The notes beneath the pieces are model-generated. The model worked only from the letters and a program-made list of their open reading frames with translations. It did no database searches and was not told the DNA's origin. 64,000 nt of DNA from the NCBI RefSeq assembly GCF_020745735.1, contig NC_083403.1:126312526-126376525 (forward strand), in the 5' to 3' direction. A program made the translations under genes and the position numbers. Positions 25,477 through 36,700 of the stretch are shown one piece after another (the stretch's first letter is position 1; the number at the start of each line of letters is the position of its first letter). The DNA is from Hemiscyllium ocellatum (Eukaryota).

Positions 25477-28052
25477 GCAGATGGAGAATCATGGCTGCAA
25501 GAGCTGTTCCATTTTTTGAGGTATTTTCAGCTTTGGAGCTGATTTCCTCAAATTCTAGGAGCAGTAAATTCTGTTTTGTAAGTTGTTGCATTGCTTTCGA
25601 ACTTTAGGGAAAAGAAGATTAAAACAACGGCACTTTAAAAACGGAGGAAGGGAGACAAAGGCAGTGACCATATGTTGGGAAGTGAATCAAATGGAGAAAG
25701 GAACATCAGAGTTTGTCTAAGAAAAGTAAACCAGCAGCAAGCTTCACAGCTGACCTTGGAGAAACCTGGGTGGAGAGATCACAGCAGGGGAGCAGCTAAC
25801 TGGCTAGACGCTTTTTGTGAACCTACAATAGTGAGTAGAGTGGGTTCTTTTTGATTCTATTGAAATCTGTCTCTTGATTAAACTTTAAAAACATAAAACT
25901 TAGGTACCTCATTAGCCTGGAGCAGTATTTTTAGAGCAGTAAGACTGAGCTATTTTCTGGGTCTGTAGATTGTTAAGGTGAAGAGATGGTCTTTAGTAGA
26001 GTGATGTGCTCTTCCTGTCCGATGGGAGGGATTGGGGGAGTTTCCATGTTATTCATGATTATGTCTGCAGGAAGTGCACTTGATTGCGAATCCTATCGGA
26101 TCACATGGATCGGTTGGAGTGGCAGTTAGAGGCAATGAGGAATTTACAGGAGCTAGGGGATGTGATGGATGGGATTACAGGAAGGGGAAAACATCGCAGA
26201 TACAGTCAGGTCGATGGGTTACTTCCAGAAAATGTAGAAGAGGGAGGCAGGTAGTGCAGGAGTCTCCTGTGGCTATCTCCATCTCAAACATGTATGCTGT
26301 TTTGGAAAATGTAGGGGGTGATGGACTCTCAGGGGAGTGTTGCACTAACAGCCAGGTTTCTGGTACTGAGACTGGCTCTAATGGAACGAGGGGTATTCCA
26401 CAAGCAATTGATTGTGATAGGGGACTAGTCAGCGGCACAGTCAGTTCTGCGGCCGACAGTGAGAATCAGAATGGTGTGCTGCCCACTCGTGTCATGATGA
26501 AGGATATCTCGGAGACAATACAGAATATTCGCAAAGGGGAGAGGACTAGCAGGACTAGAGGACTACACATTGGAACTAATGATATAGGAAGAGATAAGGA
26601 CGAGATTCTGAGGAGAGAAAATAGGAAGTTAGGTAGGAATTTAAAAAGGACGTCCTCATGGGTAGTAACATCTGGATTACTCCTGGTGCCATGAGCTAGT
26701 GAAGGTAGGAATAGGAGGATAGATCACCTTATTGGGATTGTACAATAGACACCCCCAGAAGTCAGCAGGAATTTGAGAAACAAATTTGTAAGGAAATCTC
26801 GGTTATCTGTGAGAATAATAGGGTGGTAATGGAAGGGGATTTTAACTTTCCAAACATAGACTGGGACTGCAAGGGCTTGGATGGAGAGAAACTTGTTAAA
26901 TGTGCACAAGAAAATTTTCTGTTTCAGTTTGTGAATGTACCTACTAAAGGAGATGTAAAACTTGATTTATTATTAGGAAATAAGGCAAGGCAGGTGACTG
27001 AGGTGTCAGTGGGGGAGCACTTTGGGGCCAGCGATCATATTTCTTTTAATTTTAAAATAATGATAGGGTAGGACACTCCAGATCTAAAAGTAAAAGTTAA
27101 AGTGCTAAATTTGAAGAAGGCCAATTTTGATTATCTTAGTCAAAAACTTTCAAAAATTGATTGGGGGTAGATGTTCAAAGGCAGTGGAAAGGCTGGAAAA
27201 TGGGAAGCCTTCAAAAATGAGATAATGAGAGTCCAGAAACAGTATGTTGCAGTTAGGGTGAAAGGAAAGGCTGGTAGGGAATGCTGGATGACTAGAATTG
27301 AGGGTTTGGTCAAGAAAAAGAAGGAAGCATATGTCAGATTTAAACAGCAGAGATTGAGTGAATCCCTAGAAACGCATAAAGGCAGTAGGATTACACTTAA
27401 GAGGGAAATCAGGAAGGCAAAAAAGAGGGCATGAAATAGCTTTGGCCAATAGGGTTAAGGAGAATCCAAAGGGTTTTTACAAATACATTAAGGACAAAAA
27501 AGTAACAAGGGAGAGAATATGACCCCTACTGATCAGCAAGGCCAACTATGTGTGGAACTGCAGGAGATGTGTGAGATACTAAATGAGTATTTTGCATCAG
27601 TGTTTACTGTGAAGATGGATATGGAAGGTATAGAACATTGAGAAATAAATAAAGACATCTTCTAAATGTCCGGATGTCTGCTGGATGTCTTAAAATGCAT
27701 AAAAGTGGATAGAAAGTAGCTCACTATCTCGGCGGAGCAGGTAATGGCTGTCTGGTGGTGTTTTTTTAAGTCACGAGTATAGTCCAGTTATTGTTTTTTA
27801 ACGGCTAAAATTTAAAGTTTTTTTTAAGCGCCTAGCGGACCCGGAAGCTGGTGTCGCGCTAGCTTACCTGGGAAGGTTTTTTTTCTTATAAAAGCGCGCA
27901 GGCGAGGAACCCGAGGCACTACAGGGGTAGAGCCTCCCACCCGCCCTCCTCCTCTAACCTAATAATAAGACCCGTTGTGGTAAGCAGGTAAGTGCTGCAT
28001 TTTGCTTGTTTGTTTCTTTAGATCTAGTTTTTAAAGTTTACCTTTTAGAGGG

Positions 28053-28978
28053 ATGGCAGCGAAGGCAGTGCAATGTTTCTCTTGCAACATATATGAGGTG
28101 AGGGAAGCCATTAGCGTCCCTGCTGATTACACTTGCAAGAAGTGCACCCATCTCCAGCTCCTCCAAGACCGTGTTAGGGAACTGGAGCTGGAGTTGGATG
28201 AACTGCGGATCATTCGGGAGGCAGAGGTGGTCATAGATCAGAGCTTTAGGGAAGTAGTTACTCCGAAAGTTATAGAGAGATGGTTGACAGTGAGGGGGAG
28301 TGGGAGGAAGCAGCATGTGCAGGGACCCCCTGCAGTCATTCCCCTCAAGAACAAGTATACCGTTTTGGATACTTGTGGAGGGACGACTTACCAGGGGTAA
28401 GCAACGAGGTTCAGGCCTCTGGCACGGAGCCTGTCCCCGTTGCTCAGAAGGGAAGGGTGGAGAAAGGTAGAGCGATAGTTATTGGGGACTCAATAGTGAG
28501 GGGCACAGATAGGCGGTTTTGCGGGGGCGACAGAGACTCACAATTGGTATGTTGCCTCCCAGGTGCAATGGTACGTGATGTCTCTGATCGTGTTTTCGGG
28601 GTCCTTAAGGGGGAGGGGGAGCAGCCCCAGATCGTGGTCCACGTTGGCACCAACGACATAGGTAGGAAGAGGGGTGAGGATGTTAGGCAGGCTTTCAGGG
28701 AGCTAGGTTGGAAGCTCAGAGATAGAACGAACAGAGTTGTTGTCTCTGGTTTGTTACCCGTGCCACGTGATAGAGAATCTAGGAATAGGGAGAGAGAACA
28801 GTTAAATGCGTGGCTACAGGGATGGTGCAGGAGGGAGGGATTCCGGTTTCTGGACAACTGTGGTTCTTTCTGGGGAAGGTGGGACCTCTATAAACAGGAT
28901 GGTCTACACCTGAACCTGAGGGACACTAGTATCCTTGGGGGGAGGTTTGCTAGTGCTCTTTGGGAGGGTTTAAACTAA
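28053..28978 (+). pseudogene. CR1 ORF1: Zn-knuckle + leucine zipper + SGNH esterase domain (one frameshift near 28380)
   Basis: CFSC..CKKC, LQLLQDRVRELELELDELRII, IGDSIVRG, VGTND, DGLHLN. Confidence 0.9.
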
Positions 28979-29035
28979 CTCTGCAGGGGCATGGAAACTG
29001 GACTGTAGCTTTAGGGTACAGGACTTTGAGGTTAG

Positions 29036-31831
29036 GAACAAGGCATCGATCTCGAAGGAGATGCCTGTAAACAGGAAGGTGGCTTGAAGTGTGTATACTT
29101 CAATGCCAGAAGTATAAGAAATAAGGTAGGTGAACTTGCAGCGTGGGTTGGTACCTGGGACTTCGATGTTGTGGCCATTACAGAGACATGGGTAGAACAG
29201 GGACAGGAATGGCTGTTGCAGGTTCCAGAGTTTAAATGTTTTAGCAGGGTCAGAGATGGGGGTAAAAGAGGGGGAGGTGTGGCATTGCTTGTCAAGGATA
29301 GTATTACAGCGGTGGAAAGGATGATGGAGGAAGACTTGCCATCTGAGGTAGTTTGGGCTGAGGTTAGAAATAGGAAAGGTGAGGTCACCCTGTTAGAAGT
29401 TTTCTACAGGCCTCCTAATAGTCCGAGAGAAGTAGAGGAAAGTATTGCGAGGATGATTCAGGAGAAGAGCGAAAGTAGCAGGGTGGTTGTTATGGGGGAC
29501 TTTAACTTCCCAGATATTGACTGGGAAAGCTATAGCTCGAGTTCGTTAGATGGGTCGGTGTTTGTCCAATGTGTGCAGGAGGGTTTCCTGACACAATATG
29601 TAGACAGGCAACAAGAGGTGAGGCTATACTGGATTTGGTTCTAGGCCAGGTGTTAGACTTGGAGGTAGGTGAGCACTTCGGGGACAGTGACCACAACTCG
29701 GTGAGTTTTACTCTAGTGATGGAGAGGGATAAGTGTGCACTACAGGGCAAGAGTTATAGCTGGGGGCAGGGAAATTATGATGCGGTGAGGCATGACTTAG
29801 GATGCGTGGATTGGAAAAATAGGCTTCAAGAGAAGAACACAAATGATATGTGGAGATTGTTCAAGGAACAGCTATTGGGTGTCCTTGATAAGTATGTACC
29901 AGTCAGGCAGGGAGTAAAGGGTCTTGTGAGGGAGCCATGGTTTAGTAAGGAATTGGAATCCCTTGTGAAAAGGAAGAGGGCAGCCTATGTAAAGATGAGG
30001 CGTGAAGGTTCAGTTGGGGCGATTGAGAGTTATAAGGTAGCCAGGAAGGATCTAAAGAGAGAGCTAAGAGCAGCGAGAAGGGGACATGAAAAGTCCTTAG
30101 TTGGTAGGATTAGGGAAAACGCAAAGGCTTTCTATAGGTATGTCAGGAATAAAAGGATGACTAGGGTAGGTATCGGTCCAGTCAAGGATAGTAGTTGGCG
30201 TGGAGGCAGATGAGATTGGAGAGAGACTAAATCAATACTTTTCATCAGTATTCACTCAGGAACAGGACACTGTTGCTGATGTGAATATTGAGTCACAAGT
30301 GATTAGAATGGTTGGCCTTGAGGTATGTAGGGAAGAGGTCTGGGGAATATTGGAAAGGATGAAAATAGATAAGTCCCCTGGGCCTGATGGCATTTATCCT
30401 AGGAACCTCTGGGAAGCTAGGGAGGAGATAGCAGAGCCATTGGCCTTGATTTTTATGTCGTCGTTGTCTACGGGAATAGTGCCAGAAGACTGGAGGATAG
30501 CGAATGTGGTCCCCTTGTTCAAGAAGGGGAGTAGGGATAGCCCTAGTAAATATAGGCCAGTGAGTCTCACTTCTGTTGTGGGCAAAGTCTTAGAGCGAAT
30601 TGTAAGGGATAGGATTTATGAACATCTGGATAGGAATAATGTGATCAAGGATAGTCAGCATGTTTTTGTGAAGGGCAGGTCGTGCCTCACAAACCTTATT
30701 GAGTTCTTTGAGAAGGTGACCAAGGAAGTGGACGAGGGTAAAGCAGTAGATGTGGTGTATATGGATTTTAGCAAGGCATTTGATAAGGTTCCCCATGGTA
30801 GGCTAATGCAAAAACTACGGAGGTATGGCATTGAGGGTGAATTAGAGGTTTGGATTAGGAATTGGCTGGCTGGAAGGAGACAGAGGGTAGTAGTTGATGG
30901 TATAGGTTCATCTTGGAGTGCAATCACTAGCGGTGTTCCACAAGGATCTGTTTTGGGACCATTACTGTTTGTCATTTTTATAAATGACCGAGAGGAGGGG
31001 CTTGAAAGCTGGGTGAGCAAGTTTGCAGATGACACGAAAGTCGGTGGAGTTGTGGACAGCGAAGAAGGATGTGGCAGGTTACAGCGGGATATAGATAAGT
31101 TGCAGAGCTGGGCAGAAAGGTGGCAAATGGAGTTCAATGTAGCTAAGTGTAAAGTCATTCACTTTGGTAGGAGTAACAAGAAGATGGATTACTGGGCTAA
31201 TGGTAGGCTACTTGGTAGTGTGGATGAGCAGAGGGATCTTGGTGTCCATGTACACAGATCTCTGAAAGTTGCCACCCAGATAAATAGTGCTGTGAAGAAG
31301 GTATATGGCATACTGGGCTTTATTGGTAGAGGAATGGAGTTCCGGAGTCCTGAGGTCATGTTGCAGTTGTATAAGACTCTGGTGCAGCCTCATCTGGAGT
31401 ATTGTGTGCAGTTTTGGTCGCCATACTATAGGAAGGATGTGGAGGCATTGGAACGAATGCAGAGGAGGTTTACCAGGATGTTGCCTGGCATGGTAGGAAG
31501 ATCGTATGAGGAAAGGCTGAGGCACTTGGGGCTGTTCTCATTGGAGAAAAGAAGGTTTAGGGGAGATTGGATAGAGGTGTACAAGATGATTAGGGGTTTA
31601 GATAGGGTTGACAGTGAGAACCTTTTACCGCTAATGGAGTCAGCTGTTACTAGGGGACACAGCCTTAAATTAAGGGGTGGTAGGTATAGGACAGATGTTA
31701 GGGGTAGATTCTTTACTCAGAGGGTTGTGAGTTCATGGAATGCCCTGCCAGTAGCAGTGGTGGACTCTCCCTCTTTATGGTCATTTAAGCGGGCATTGGA
31801 TAAGCATATGGAGGTTATTGGGCTAGTGTAG
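29036..31831 (+). pseudogene. CR1 ORF2: AP endonuclease + reverse transcriptase (frameshifts near 29610 and 30197)
   Basis: NARS, ITETW, GDFN, SDH endonuclease motifs; [38 protein letters not shown] motifs; 543-aa uninterrupted RT/C-terminal segment. Confidence 0.95.
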
Positions 31832-33400
31832 GTTAGGTAGGCTTTGGTCGGCTCAACATTGAGGGCCGAAGGGCCTGTACTGTGCTGTATTTTTCTATGT
31901 TCTATGTTCTATGTTCTATAAATCCCTGGGACCTCATCAGGTGTTCATTTGAACGCTGTGGGAAGTAAGGGAAGTGATTGCTGGGCCCCTTACTGAGATA
32001 TTTGTATCGTCAATAGCCATAAGTGAGGTGCCGGAAGACTGGAGGTTGGCTAATGTGGTGTCACTATTTAAGAAAGGTAGTAAGGAAAAGCCAGGGAACT
32101 ATAGACTGATGAGCCTGACATCGGTGGTGGGCAAGTTGTTGGAGGGAATCCTGAGGGACAGGATTTACATGCATTTAGAAAAGCAGGGGCTGATTAGGAT
32201 AGTCAGCATGTGCATGGGAAATCATATCTCACTAACTTGATGGAGTTTTGTGAAGAAGTAATGAAAAGGATCATTGATGACAGAGTGGTGAACATAAATA
32301 CAGGGGGAAGTACTCATTTGAATATGGAACAGGCTCGAAGGTAGAAGACAGAGAATGGTAGTAGAGGGTTCCTTTTCAGAATGGATGCCAGTTACTGTGA
32401 GGTTTGCCACAATGATCGATGTTGGGTCCACTGCTTTTTGTCATTTATATAAATTTATTTGGATGCGAACATAGAAGGTATAGTTAGTAAGTTTGCAGAT
32501 GACACTAAAATTGTGGGTGTTGTGGAACGCGAAGATGATTACCTTAGAGTACAATGGGATCTTGATCAGATGGGCCGATGGGCCAAGGATTGGCAGATGG
32601 AGTTTAATTTAGATAAATGTGAGGCATAGTAATTTGGAAAGGCAAATCAGGGCAGGACTTATGCACTTAATAGGAAGGTCCTGGGGATTGTTGCTGAACA
32701 AAGAGACCTTGGAGTGCAGGTTCATAGTTCCTTGAAAGTGGAATCGCAGGGAGACAGGATAGTGAAGAAGACATTTGGTATGCTTTCCTTTATTGATCAA
32801 AGCATTGAGTACAGGAGTTGGGAGGTTATGTTGCGACTGTACAGGATGTTGGTAAGATCACTTCTGGAATATTGTGTGCAATTCTGGTCTCTTTCCTATC
32901 AGAAGGATGTTGTGAAACTTGAAAGGGTTCAGAAAAGTTTTGCAAGAATGTTGTCAGGGTTGGAGTATTTGAATTATAGGGAGAGTCTGATTAAGCTGGG
33001 GCTGTTTTCCCTGGAGGGTTGGAGGCTGAGGGATGACCTTATAGAGGTTTATAAAATCATGAGGGGCATGGATAGGCTAAATAGACAAGGTTTTTTCCCT
33101 GGAGTGGGGCAGTCCAGAACTAAGGGCATAGCTTTAAGATGAGAGGGGAAAGATATAAAAGGGACTTAAGAGGCAACTTTTTCACACAGAGGGTGGCGCA
33201 TGTATGGAATGAGCTGCCAGAGGACATGATGGAGGCTGGTACAATTACAGTATTTAAAATACATCTTAATGGGTATTTATAGGGTTATGGACCAAGTGCT
33301 GGCAAATGGGACTAGATTTATTTCGGATATCTGGTCTGCATGGACGCGTTGGACCGAAGCAACTATTTCCGTGCTGTCTCTCTGTGTGACTCTATGACTC

Positions 33401-34400
33401 TCTGTCCTGCCACCTTCACAGACTAATGCACATGAACATCATGAGTGTCTCTATCACTGTACACTCCTTATAAATTCTTGATTATGTATATTACCTCTCC
33501 CAATGTCTTCTGTCAAACTGCACTTCTCTGTAAATCCCACTTGCTAATTCTGCTGGCCTACCAATTGTAATTGACTGGTGTTATCCTCACTATCTTGCCT
33601 CCTAGCTTGGTATCATTGGCATATCTTTAAGTTTTCCTCTGTTTTCCAAAATCCAATTAAAGTATTTCTATTCCTAATCCTTAAGTCATAAGTTTATTAA
33701 CCAGATCATTATGTGGTACTTGTCCAATGTCTACTTAAAATCCAAAACGTACAACAATCACCTCACTAAAATTCTCTACAACTTTATCAAAAAACTCAAT
33801 AATTTAACTGGATTAACCACGCTCCATTTGCCTTTCACAAACTCATACTGGCTCCATGTCATTAAGTCAACTCTCTCCAAATGCCAAACAACATTTTTTT
33901 TCAGATTATTGCTTCTAAAACTTACCATCACCAATATCAACCTGACCTACCTATAGTTACCAGGATTGTCCTTACAAGCCTTTGCAAAGAAGGATGTCAC
34001 ATTTGTGACTCTCCAGTGTTTTGCACCTCCCCCATATCTAAAGAATGATATGGAGATGCCAGAGTTGGACTGGGACAAGATCAAAAATCAAATGACACTA
34101 GATTATAGTCCAATAGGTTTATTTGAAATTGCAAGCTTTCGGAGCTCCGCTCCTACCTCCTAACTGATGAAAGAATCCAACAAGTGCAGCTAGTTTTAAA
34201 GTTGTTAAGTTTTTGCTTATAAATACTGTCTTCCACCTCTCTTTCACGCCACACCTGAGGAAGGAGGTGACCTCTGAAAGCTTGCAATTTCAAATAAATC
34301 TGTTGGACTATAACCTGGTATCATTTGATGTTTGACCATATCGAAGGACGAGTGTAACATAAGGAAATGCAAGCTGTTCACAATAAAACTTACTAGCACT
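33401..34400 (-). mobile_element. Continuation of the old antisense CR1 (from 24840-25476)
   Basis: Decayed antisense RT sequence (GTCTACTTAAAATCC, CATTTGCCTTTCACAAAC, ACCTATAGTTACCAGG). Confidence 0.6.
34046..34335. mobile_element. Older PLE-terminus fold-back insertion (family A)
   Basis: Antisense arm 34046-34155; sense arm with CAC-CTGAGGA-A-GGAGG-TGA-CCTCT-GAAA-GCTT; degenerate TSD CCATATCTAAAGA / CCATATCGAAGGA. Confidence 0.8.
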
Positions 34401-35770
34401 TGGCAGGTAATCATTCTGGTATTGAACATATTGCTATAAATGCCAGATTTTATAAGATTGCTATCTTTTTGACTAAGAACAATTGAAGAATGATTGGGGT
34501 TATGTGACCAGTCCTGAATTCTGCTGATGGCATGTCGCGATAGCTTCTTTCCTAAAGATTACATGTGTGGTAGGGAGGTGGTGGAGGTAGGTATTTTAAT
34601 GGGAAGAAGGTGCAAGGTCTGTAGACAATAACAAAAATGATTATGATGGACTAACTCCAAGTTCCAGGAACATGGAGAATGTCAGGTTGCAACTGGTTAT
34701 AGTTTAAATTGGCTACTTAATTCTGAGATGGAATTTATTTGGGGCTAAAGAATAAATAATCAGTGGTTCTACTTGAGTACAAAGTCCACATGATTCATGT
34801 TGTCATGGAAATGGGCTTTAAGAGAGGATTGGCACATAGGAAGCCATTGTAGCAATGGATTAGAAGATTCTTCTAAGAGATTCATTCACAGTTCAGTCCC
34901 TCCAGATCTGAGAGAGAGGGAACAAAGAGAAGGGCAAAGTTTCCGCTGTACACTACACAGGTGAGGGCCCATGCTCAGATTGGAAAGAGCGAATTCATGA
35001 GGATTTGAAAATGAGGCTTGAACCCATTGAGGGGATCCCGAGGAAAGTCTTCACTGTGAAGGACAGCTCCCTGATAGAGAACGTCTTGTAGAACCAAGAG
35101 ACTCAGGTTCCATCCATGTGACTTGATACACATATGCTCAGTAGCTTTTCTTACAGGCTGCATTTATTCTTATGTGAGATGTGGGCGTTGCTGGTAACAA
35201 TGTTGCCAATCCCTAACTGATTTGCTCTCTGAGTCATCTCTGAGGACAATTAAAAATCACCAGACTAGGAAAGAGAAAGAGTGGAATAAAACCTTCAGGA
35301 CATAAGATTCATTTTAGGCTGTTTGTACGAAGTTGAGTGTCTAAAGAACAAATGTATAGTATAAGTGTGAAGTGGGAAATTTTTGTCAGTTTATGTGTTA
35401 AAAGAGAAAGGTTCTGATCTGTCATTTAAACTTTACAATGTCTTATGAAAAGTGGTGATTTGTTTAGGTTGCTCTTAATTTGGAAGGCCGAAAGGCCTAT
35501 TCCTGGGCTGTAAATTTTCTTTATCCTAAAGTTTTCTCTTCAGTAAAAGTTGTAAAACTTCAAATCTTGCATGTGGCCCTTGAAGATAGTCACTGACTTT
35601 CATTTGAAACATTATTGGATTCTTTAGAAAACACAACAGAACATCCCACATTCAATTCCATCATGTTGCCAAGCTAATTATTGGGAAGGGATGGTCTTAA
35701 ATAGTTAGATTGGATTTCTAATTTCCATGGTTCTTAGCCATACTTCCTGCAATGCATAGAGTCAACCATT

Positions 35771-36154
35771 CGAAGTCTGTGAGAAGATTTGTAGCTCGGG
35801 TGCTCGTTGTTGTGGTTCTGTTCGCCGAGCTGGGAATTTGTGTCGCAGACGTTTCGTCCCCTGTCTAGGTGACATCCTCAGTGCTTGGGAGCCTCCGTGA
35901 AGCGCCTCTGTGATCTTTCCTCCGGCATTTGTAGTGGTTTGAATCTGCCGCTTCCGGTTGTCAGTCAACATACCGACCACTGCAGCGGACAGCTGGAACT
36001 GACAACTGGAAGCGACAGATTCAAACCACTACAAATACCGGAGGAAAGATCACAGAAGTGCTTCACAGGAGGCTCCCAAGCACAGATGATGTCACCTAGA
36101 CAGGGGACGAAACGTCTGCAACACAAATTCCCAGCTCGGCGAACAGAGCCACAA
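35771..36154. mobile_element. PLE-terminus fold-back insertion (family D), ~155-bp inverted arms each with a hammerhead motif
   Basis: 35811-35965 is the reverse complement of 35998-36154; possible TSD CAACCATT / CAATCATT. Confidence 0.85.
35845..35884 (-). ncRNA. Minimal type-I hammerhead ribozyme motif (intact)
   Basis: GCA-CUGAGGA-U-GUCACCU-AGAC-AGGGGAC-GAAA-CG-UC-UGC; the opposite-strand copy (36080-36119) has CAGAUGA, a core mutation. Confidence 0.8.
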
Positions 36155-36394
36155 TCATTGGTGTTTTGCAATGTTTGTAATCTATTTCCCAACCCTGTCA
36201 ATATTAGCATTCATAACTGTCATGATTGATTTTTACTCTTATCAGAGGTTTAACAAGCTTTATTAACCATAAATGTTTACAAGGGAAAGATAGGGATGGT
36301 TGTGATAGAGAACGTCTTCTAGAACCCAGAGACTCAGGTTCCATCCATGTGACTTGACACACACATGCTCAGTAGCTTTTCTTACAGGCTGTAT

Positions 36395-36700
36395 TTATTC
36401 TTGTGTGAGATGTGGGCATTGCTGGTAACACTGTTGCCAATCCCTAACTGATTTGCTCTCTGATTCATCTCTGAGGACAATTAAAAGCCAACCACGTCAG
36501 GACTCACATGTACGTCAGAGAAGGCAGGGACTGCAGATGGGTTTTTATGATGAGTTTTTAGTTATTGCATCAATGGTTACACATTAGAGTAACTTCTTAA
36601 TTCCAGATTGGTATTGAATTCAAATTTCGCCATCTGTCCTGGTGGGATTCAAGGCCAGAAGATCAGCCTGGGTTCTGGATTACAATGACCTTACTCCACA
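36395..36700 (-). mobile_element. Degraded Deu-domain (SacSINE1-like) SINE
   Basis: ATTGAATTCAAATTTCGCCATCTG..GTGGGATT head block and GATGTGGGC..GCTGG tail. Confidence 0.55.

Larger units (their letters stand above)
27711..31919 (+). mobile_element. Young, essentially full-length CR1 LINE (frameshifted, inactive copy)
   Basis: CpG-rich 5' UTR, ORF1, ORF2, 3' stem-loop GGCCGAAGGGCC and (TTCTATG)n tail. Confidence 0.95.
25477..33400 (+). mobile_element. Middle-aged near-full-length CR1 LINE, split by the 27711-31919 insertion
   Basis: 5' UTR, ORF1 remnant (MVFSRVMCSSC.., HIGTNDIGR, VVTSGLL), deletion into APE (GDFNFPNIDW, SDH), breaks at KVD|KSPG (GTGGAT|AAATCC), RT remnant 31920-33280, 3' tail GACTCTATGACTC. 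Confidence 0.9.
35072..36486 (+). repeat. Direct duplication of ~184 bp (35072-35255 and 36303-36486)
   Basis: TGATAGAGAACGTCTT...GAGGACAATTAAAA present twice with only scattered substitutions. Confidence 0.9.

Noticed and set aside
27900-27960. HDV-like ribozyme in the CR1 5' UTR
   Set aside because: Could not build the P1/P2/P3/P1.1 nested pseudoknot by eye
28280-28978. Novel esterase gene
   Set aside because: SGNH esterase in CR1-clade ORF1 is established
30200-31831. Functional or domesticated reverse transcriptase gene
   Set aside because: Part of a CR1 copy with several upstream frameshifts; intactness reflects youth
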